Notes under the pieces: generated by a model
Database searches by the model: none
The model's input: only the letters and a program-made list of their open reading frames with translations
What the model was told of the DNA's origin: nothing
Made by a program: the position numbers and the translations under genes
Assembly (NCBI GenBank): GCA_014800515.1
Contig: JAAVFY010000007.1
Location: forward strand, 48,174 to 103,533
Reading direction: 5' to 3'
Length of the DNA stretch: 55,360 nucleotides
Source: Bacteroidales bacterium
Lineage (GTDB): Bacteria > Bacteroidota > Bacteroidia > Bacteroidales > Muribaculaceae
Part shown: piece after piece, positions 49,839-55,360 of the stretch
Layout: every line of letters begins with the position of its first letter
Position numbering within the stretch: the first letter of the stretch is position 1

Positions 49839-52259
49839 ATGAGAATACATCTACACAACTCTTCCGTATTAAAGAATATTCCTTTCTTCTGCATTATATT
49901 CTTATACTGTTCTTTCTTTTACGTGCAAACTGCCGAGGCACAGACAGCTCAACAGACACAATCTTCGGAATTGGGAAAACAAACATTTTCGGGATGTGTA
50001 TGGAGTACAGATTCTGTACCTATAAGCAATGCAAGTATTACGGTGGTACATATACCTGATAGCGTTGTGATGACCGCAACGTTATCGGATATACATGGCA
50101 GATTCTCATTTGAACTTGATAAGTTCCCGGCACAGGTTATGGTCTCCAGACTGGGATATCTGGAGGAGATGAAACTTGTAGATTCAAGAAATAATGGAGA
50201 CCTGAATTTTTATCTTGAGACAGAATCATCCGAATTAGCTGAATTCACGGTCAAAGCCACACGCTCGAATATGAAGGCAAAGCCCGGTATGTTCACTTTT
50301 GATCCGGGAGATATGGTCGATTATATTGGCAACGCAAAAGACCTGATGGAGTTTGTTCCATTGATTACATCCTTTTCAAAAGAGGATACAAGGATTTTTT
50401 CAAAGACAGAAAGAGCCAAGATATATATTAACGGTGAGGATCCACTGATGTCAACCGAAGCGTTGATGGATAAGCTTAAAGCCACCCCGTCATCAAAGAT
50501 AAAGAGAATAGAATTAATAATGGATCCCGGAGCAAGATATGGCGATGAAAATGTCAATTCCGGTATTATCAATATTATAATGGACGATGATCTGATCGGA
50601 TGGAATGCCAGTCTTTACGGACAAGTATCATATTTCAACCGCCGATTTAACGCATACAACGTCAACCCGAGCTGGTTCTATCAGAACCATAATTTATTGT
50701 TTAGCGTAACTCCTTATTATTCACATATTGATAATAAGGAGGATTCTCAAGATGCCACCAATGACATTATCACAGGAATGGCGCGCGATGTAAGAAGACA
50801 ACAGACAAGGAAAAATCATAATCTGGGAGCTTACATAACAGGAGAATACAGATTCGGAATGAACTCAATCGGAGCAAGCTTCGGCGTCTATTCTCTAAAG
50901 AATACAGACAAGTCGAAATATGAAGAGTTTGAAACTTCCAAACTTGGTGAAGAACGGAGAAGTTTATCAGAATCAAGTATTCTAACTCCATGGAATTGTA
51001 ATCTGTATGCAGGTATACGATATATCAGATGGCTTGATAAATCACAAAAAAGTAGCCTGAAGACAGTAGGTTCCTTCCAAAGCCAACGGCCTATTCATAC
51101 TGAGAGCATATTAAAAGAATACAACTATGACAATAGCTTGGATAACCCGGAGGAAACACTGCTGAGAAATCAATCATACGACAACCATAATGATGCCGGC
51201 CGTGTGGACATCATGTTTACAAAAACATTCGCTGATGGATCTGAATTCAGCGCAAGCGGCACATTTACAGCATATAATACTCATGAGAAATATACCTATA
51301 CCGACAACGGTTACTATTTCTATATGGACGATCTGTGGTGGTCATGGAGCGCTGATTACTCAAGGAAATGGTGCAGCTTCCTCAGTTCCCGCATCGGTGT
51401 AAGTCAAGGAAGTATTCACAGGGAGATAGAAGAAAGGGTAAGCGGCCAGAGATATGACGACACATATTGGGTATTCACACCCAAAGCGAATTTGACATTC
51501 TCACTCTTTGGAGGTAATCAGAATATTGATCTCAGCTACCGCCGAAATATATCCGACCCGAACTCGAATCAGCTCAACCCATACAGAAGATGGCTCTCTG
51601 CGACTGAATATATCGAAGGAAATCCTCATCTAAGACCCATTCACACAAATACTGTATCTCTCCAATATTCGTTGTACAGTCAGTTTTTCCTTTCCTTGGA
51701 TTATTATTTTGGGAAGGCAAACCAGACTCTGTATAAGTATCTTGACGAAGACGGGAATACGGTCAACACTTATCTTCCAAACGAACGCCGTCGGAATCTT
51801 TCTGCCGATGCAAGCTGGACAAAGAACTTTTTCAATTATCGCTGGCAGACAAGAGCCACAGTGACCTTATTATGGAATAACAGTATGGCAGACACCGGAA
51901 CAGGCCGACTTGACAATCATTCTGTCAATTGGTTCTTCTCTTTCTTCAACAGAGTTAGAATCCTCCCCGCCTATGGTTTCAACGGAACTGTAGCCTACAA
52001 TTTCAGCAGTGCGAGCCGTTATCTGACACAAGGTTCATCCGCTTCTCATTCCCTCAGATTCACTCTTGATAAAACTTTATGGAGAAATGCTCAGATAAGC
52101 GGAAATCTCACACTACCTCTTAATCGCTCCACATTCACATACTATTCCCCCGGTATGGAACAAACTCAATACAATAAATTTGCAAGAGACATCATGTTCT
52201 TTATCCAGTTCACATGGTCTTTCGGAAAGTTTAGTATTGAGAGAGTATCACGAGTTTAG
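49839..52259 (+). CDS. Outer-membrane beta-barrel protein (TonB-dependent-receptor-like, N-terminal carboxypeptidase-regulatory-like domain)
   Basis: IKRIELI.DPGARY, GIINI, LNPY, EGNPHLRP, terminal FTWSFGK; lower GC than the backbone. Confidence 0.82.
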   Translation: MRIHLHNSSVLKNIPFFCIIFLYCSFFYVQTAEAQTAQQTQSSELGKQTFSGCVWSTDSVPISNASITVVHIPDSVVMTATLSDIHGRFSFELDKFPAQVMVSRLGYLEEMKLVDSRNNGDLNFYLETESSELAEFTVKATRSNMKAKPGMFTFDPGDMVDYIGNAKDLMEFVPLITSFSKEDTRIFSKTERAKIYINGEDPLMSTEALMDKLKATPSSKIKRIELIMDPGARYGDENVNSGIINIIMDDDLIGWNASLYGQVSYFNRRFNAYNVNPSWFYQNHNLLFSVTPYYSHIDNKEDSQDATNDIITGMARDVRRQQTRKNHNLGAYITGEYRFGMNSIGASFGVYSLKNTDKSKYEEFETSKLGEERRSLSESSILTPWNCNLYAGIRYIRWLDKSQKSSLKTVGSFQSQRPIHTESILKEYNYDNSLDNPEETLLRNQSYDNHNDAGRVDIMFTKTFADGSEFSASGTFTAYNTHEKYTYTDNGYYFYMDDLWWSWSADYSRKWCSFLSSRIGVSQGSIHREIEERVSGQRYDDTYWVFTPKANLTFSLFGGNQNIDLSYRRNISDPNSNQLNPYRRWLSATEYIEGNPHLRPIHTNTVSLQYSLYSQFFLSLDYYFGKANQTLYKYLDEDGNTVNTYLPNERRRNLSADASWTKNFFNYRWQTRATVTLLWNNSMADTGTGRLDNHSVNWFFSFFNRVRILPAYGFNGTVAYNFSSASRYLTQGSSASHSLRFTLDKTLWRNAQISGNLTLPLNRSTFTYYSPGMEQTQYNKFARDIMFFIQFTWSFGKFSIERVSRV

Positions 52260-52396
52260 AGCGCATCACATACAAACCGGTTAAGAACAAAACCGACAAC
52301 GGAACGCCCTCCCCCCTCCCCGCAAGAAGTGTCCTGCCTCAATATTCACAGTAAGTAATGACAGACAGTCTTTTCAGGATCCTTCCAGACAGTCTT

Positions 52397-52969
52397 CTAT
52401 ATTGAATATCTCATCATGAAGGCGTAGAGGATGAGGCCGAGGAAAAAGGTTATGCCTGTCCACATACGTCCGAGTCGTGAGTGATTCCATGAGGCGGCCC
52501 GCAGACGTTCGGCGTCCTCCACCTTCGGACTTTGAATCGATTGCTTCCACTCGGCAGCGGAAAGCCAAAACATATATATGGCTACGAATCCTGTGGGCGG
52601 GAAACACAGGATCGTGGTCAGCACAGCCCATATCAATCCTCCGGGTGGCGGCGTGCGTTCGGTCTCCTTGTCAGGATTAAGAATCTTGTCGTTATCAGGA
52701 CCAATAATCAGCCCTCTTCCTATCGAAAGACTCATAAAATCCTGAGATTGCCCGCTGTAGGCCTCTCTGGCAGGCGCATCATTATCATCGGATTCTCCGG
52801 CCAACCTGCGCCTCCAGAAGCGACATATATCCGCCACCTCCTCGGCCGGTTGCCAGTCAGTCATCTCCTTACACCACACGAAGGTGTGTGGCGTCACCCC
52901 GGCGGCAACCAGTTCGCTGATCTCAAAAGGTCCGCGACACTCGCCATCGATCATGGCAAAATACCTCAT
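52397..52969 (-). CDS. GYF_2 (DUF4339) + CD225/dispanin membrane protein
   Basis: YF..IDG...GPF...EL......TFVWCKEMTDW; LIWAVLTTILCFPPTGFVAI; second TM at the C-terminus. Confidence 0.85.
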   Translation of the reverse strand: MRYFAMIDGECRGPFEISELVAAGVTPHTFVWCKEMTDWQPAEEVADICRFWRRRLAGESDDNDAPAREAYSGQSQDFMSLSIGRGLIIGPDNDKILNPDKETERTPPPGGLIWAVLTTILCFPPTGFVAIYMFWLSAAEWKQSIQSPKVEDAERLRAASWNHSRLGRMWTGITFFLGLILYAFMMRYSI

Positions 52970-53544
52970 AAAAATATGGATATAGAGCCAAGAATAGCAA
53001 GCCCGTCTATAACAAGGCCGATTATAGTCATGATTTTGGCAGTGTTATTTGCCGAATCTCCCCGAGCCGTATATCCCATAGCGTAAGCTTCATTGGCTTT
53101 GTTGGCATTCACGATACCCAATATGCCAAAAATCAGACCGAGGCATGAGGCCAGGCCGCCGATAGTGGCCACAATGGCCCAGGGAAGCCAATTGGTCGGC
53201 GGTATACCATAACCTCCACCATTTGGTGACGGCATTCCTCCTCCCTGATATTGCCCGCCGGTATACGGTCCGCCGGCCGGATATTTCGGGGTTTCAGCAT
53301 ATTGGCCGCTGCCGGGATACGTGGGATAACCATTCGGTTGAGCACCGGATGCCGGATTCTGATTTTCAGGAGAACCGCCAAAAAAGAAATCGGATAGTTC
53401 GCTGATTGACATGGCTTGTTCCCAACCTGTCATACCCTGACACCATATCAGTGTGGAGGGAGCGATATTTCTCATCCTTAGTTCCTCGGCAGAGAACGGC
53501 CCGCACTGCCGACCGTCCTCCACGATATAATATTTCTTTTCCAT
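52966..53544 (-). CDS. GYF_2 + P/G/Y/Q linker + CD225/dispanin membrane protein
   Basis: YYIVEDGRQCGPFSAEEL, TLIWCQGMTGW; PPTNWLPWAIVAT; ATGA overlap with the next gene. Confidence 0.85.
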   Translation of the reverse strand: MEKKYYIVEDGRQCGPFSAEELRMRNIAPSTLIWCQGMTGWEQAMSISELSDFFFGGSPENQNPASGAQPNGYPTYPGSGQYAETPKYPAGGPYTGGQYQGGGMPSPNGGGYGIPPTNWLPWAIVATIGGLASCLGLIFGILGIVNANKANEAYAMGYTARGDSANNTAKIMTIIGLVIDGLAILGSISIFL

Positions 53545-53634
53545 GACATTTAATATTTACCCCCTCATCATTTATCCCCTCGCAAAACGAGGAGTTCATA
53601 CCATTCACACGGGGGTGAGATGTGGTATGTAGTG

Positions 53635-53642
53635 CAAATATA
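53635..53642 (-). promoter_or_regulatory. -7 element for the GYF_2-CD225 pair
   Basis: TATATTTG followed by C on the minus strand. Confidence 0.55.
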
Positions 53643-53692
53643 GTGAATTAAATCAAATAAAAAGGTCGAGGCGAAGATTTTTCCCACCGGAA

Positions 53693-53724
53693 GTTGCAGA
53701 TATTGAGATTTTTCTCTAACTTTG
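53693..53724 (+). promoter_or_regulatory. tRNA promoter
   Basis: GTTG (53693-53696), 20-nt spacer, TAACTTTG (53717-53724). Confidence 0.7.
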
Positions 53725-53746
53725 CGGTGCAAACAGCACAAATCAT

Positions 53747-53822
53747 GCGATAGTAGCTCAGTTGGTAGAGCATCAGCTTCCCAAGCTGAGGGTCACGAGT
53801 TCGAGCCTCGCCTATCGCTCCA
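53747..53822 (+). tRNA. tRNA-Gly (CCC)
   Basis: Acceptor GCGATAG/CTATCGC, D arm GCTC/GAGC, anticodon arm TCAGC-TTCCCAA-GCTGA, T loop TTCGAGC, discriminator U, encoded CCA. Confidence 0.96.
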
Positions 53823-53834
53823 CTTCATCTTCCC

Positions 53835-53870
53835 CCCCGGTTATGTCACTTCATAACCGGGGATTTTTTT
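53835..53870 (+). terminator. tRNA terminator
   Basis: CCCCGGTTATG / CATAACCGGGG followed by ATTTTTTT. Confidence 0.88.
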
Positions 53871-54119
53871 AGAAGAAGAGCACAGATAATATTCATGACC
53901 ATCCCAAAGTGACTGTTCAGCGAGTCGGCAGGACAGTCACAATTTTAGACCCCATCCCACAAAAAATTAAGGCAGACGAAATGATGAGGAATTTTTTCCG
54001 GAGAAGCACAACAAAATTGAAAAGGTGTTGTTAAAGGAATGTAATCACCCAGTGATTGCAGAATACATTAATTGGAGACATCTTGATTTAAGAATATCTT
54101 ATACCAACAGTTAAGAACC

Positions 54120-54731
54120 ATGTCACAGGCTTCAGTAATATCAGTGAATCCCGCCCAGTCTACTATCGGCGATCTTAATCCCGATGCAACTGCAAGAATC
54201 CTACGCAGCCGGATGATTGAGAGATCTATTGATAATCCTTCGTTCAAGAAGGTGCTTAATGCAACTTTTGCCCTTGGCGGAAGTCGCGGAATTTCAAATG
54301 GCGTCTCTTTATTACTCTTACGTTCACTCGCCGGAATACTCCTTCTTCTGTCGGGAGTGTCGGCTGCCATTGGCGGAGTGATACCCTTCGGAGAGGTTTT
54401 AGAGTCCGTGCAGTTCGTTGCATCCCCGTTGGCAATCCTTCAGATTGCGGCCGGTTGTGCCCTTTGTCTCGGTATGTTGACGAGACTGGTTCTCTCAGGT
54501 ATTGCCGCTGCCGCTGCCGCGATGTTCTTTGCCGGCCTTTCCTCCGGTGCTTTCCTTCAGCCCGAAGCGATGCTGACGGTAGTGAGCTTGGTTTTTGCGA
54601 TTACGGGAGCAGGCACACACAGTGTGGATGCCCTTCTTCGTTCCTCAATCTTCCGCGTGCACTGCACCCGTGTACGCCGTAAGGCTGAACGCCGGCTCTC
54701 CTACGAGGCTTTCCGTTATCAGCAATTCTGA
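54120..54731 (+). CDS. DoxX-like membrane protein
   Basis: LLLLR..AG, LCLGMLTR, GAGTHSVD; four hydrophobic segments. Confidence 0.75.
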   Translation: MSQASVISVNPAQSTIGDLNPDATARILRSRMIERSIDNPSFKKVLNATFALGGSRGISNGVSLLLLRSLAGILLLLSGVSAAIGGVIPFGEVLESVQFVASPLAILQIAAGCALCLGMLTRLVLSGIAAAAAAMFFAGLSSGAFLQPEAMLTVVSLVFAITGAGTHSVDALLRSSIFRVHCTRVRRKAERRLSYEAFRYQQF

Positions 54732-54813
54732 CCGTCTGTTCTGAAAAAGTATTACGGTCTCTTCCTTAACGAGAGGTAAAGATGGAAATATAAGAAATAC
54801 TGAATATAAGTCG

Positions 54814-54840
54814 CTGCGGGTGTATGCCCGCAGTTTTTTT
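54814..54840 (+). terminator. Intrinsic terminator
   Basis: CTGCGGG / CCCGCAG followed by TTTTTTT. Confidence 0.8.
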
Positions 54841-54895
54841 ATTTAGGCGACTGTCCGGCTGCACTCAATCGACGATACGACTAAATAATGAGAAA

Positions 54896-55091
54896 TAAGT
54901 AGCTAAGAAAAATTAATAATATGATAGATGCGCGATAATTTTGAGTCAGGTTGGCCGCGGAGCGAAGGAGCTTAGCGAGCTAAGCGACTGAGAGACAAGG
55001 TCAAGATGGCCAGAATTAGCCGCATATATCATATTAAGATACTTTCAAAGCTACTGAGTTATTATATCGTTTAATTTTTCTTAGCTACTTA
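54896..55091 (+). mobile_element. 196-bp structured MITE-like element, copy A
   Basis: 21-bp perfect terminal inverted repeats TAAGTAGCTAAGAAAAATTAA / TTAATTTTTCTTAGCTACTTA; nested internal stems; no ORF. Confidence 0.8.
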
Positions 55092-55105
55092 TAGTATGAA
55101 ACATA

Positions 55106-55304
55106 TAAGTAGCTGCTCAAATTAAAACGATACAATAAAAGTCAAAATAGGTGACGTATATCTCGCATATCATCCGCTTGTCGATTTTGGCCGCTTAGGC
55201 TTTGTCACTCAGTCACGATGCCCGCATCGCTCCTTCGCTCCGTAGCCAAATCAGCTCAAAATCGCCAGAGCGTATAATATACGTTTAATTTGACCAGCTA
55301 CTTA
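55106..55304 (-). mobile_element. 199-bp structured MITE-like element, diverged copy B in opposite orientation
   Basis: Terminal repeats TAAGTAGCTGCTCAAATTAAA / TTTAATTTGACCAGCTACTTA (1 mismatch); reverse complement shares CGGAGCGAAGGAGC and GACTGAGnGACAA with copy A. Confidence 0.8.
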
Positions 55305-55360
55305 CAGTTTATAGCAGCATACTATTGACTGCTTTAAATGCGAAAAACTCAATAATAGGT

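Noticed and set aside
52362-52396. Short direct repeat AGACAGTCTT between convergent genes
   Set aside because: Only 10 bp and two copies, with no associated element; too weak to interpret.
54950-55010. Hammerhead ribozyme in the element core (CTGAnnGA and CGAAG)
   Set aside because: Only one hairpin lies between the motifs, the spacing is CUGA-NN-GA and GAAA is absent, so the three-stem topology is not met.
53747-55360. tRNA-anchored integrative island
   Set aside because: No integrase and no duplicated tRNA 3' end seen in the window; the tRNA is followed directly by its terminator.

Overview
Chromosomal window from a Bacteroidota (Bacteroidales) bacterium; Muribaculaceae-like is an inference from gene content, ~50% GC backbone and TTTG-N19-21-TAnnTTTG promoters. 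A housekeeping backbone (rplU-rpmA, parE-coaD-S41 protease, uvrD, hpt-adk, porE-like OmpA, secA, pafA-like phosphatase, DUF4105/Lnb-like, asnS, RsuA/RluB-family synthase, waaA, gltX, DEAD-box helicase, tRNA-Gly(CCC)) is interleaved with seven secreted proteins ending in T9SS-type tails: two LRR surface proteins, a PNGase F-like enzyme, an S8 protease, a CotH kinase and two C10 proteases. No transposase, integrase, phage gene or CRISPR array is visible. The most unusual signal is a family of ~200-bp non-coding elements bounded by TAAGTAGCT...AGCTACTTA, seen in four states: two full, diverged copies with clear base-pair covariation (54896-55091, 55106-55304), an internally deleted copy touching the CotH start codon (25116-25176), a lone end in the leader of a low-GC beta-barrel gene (49788-49802) and a fused-ends palindrome (8133-8146). 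Also notable: a standalone ~70-nt sRNA unit (17575-17646), a prion-like G/Y/Q/R repeat domain on the pseudouridine synthase, a tandem GYF_2-CD225 pair, and a GC-mosaic LRR gene. All family calls are by motif recognition; no searches were run.
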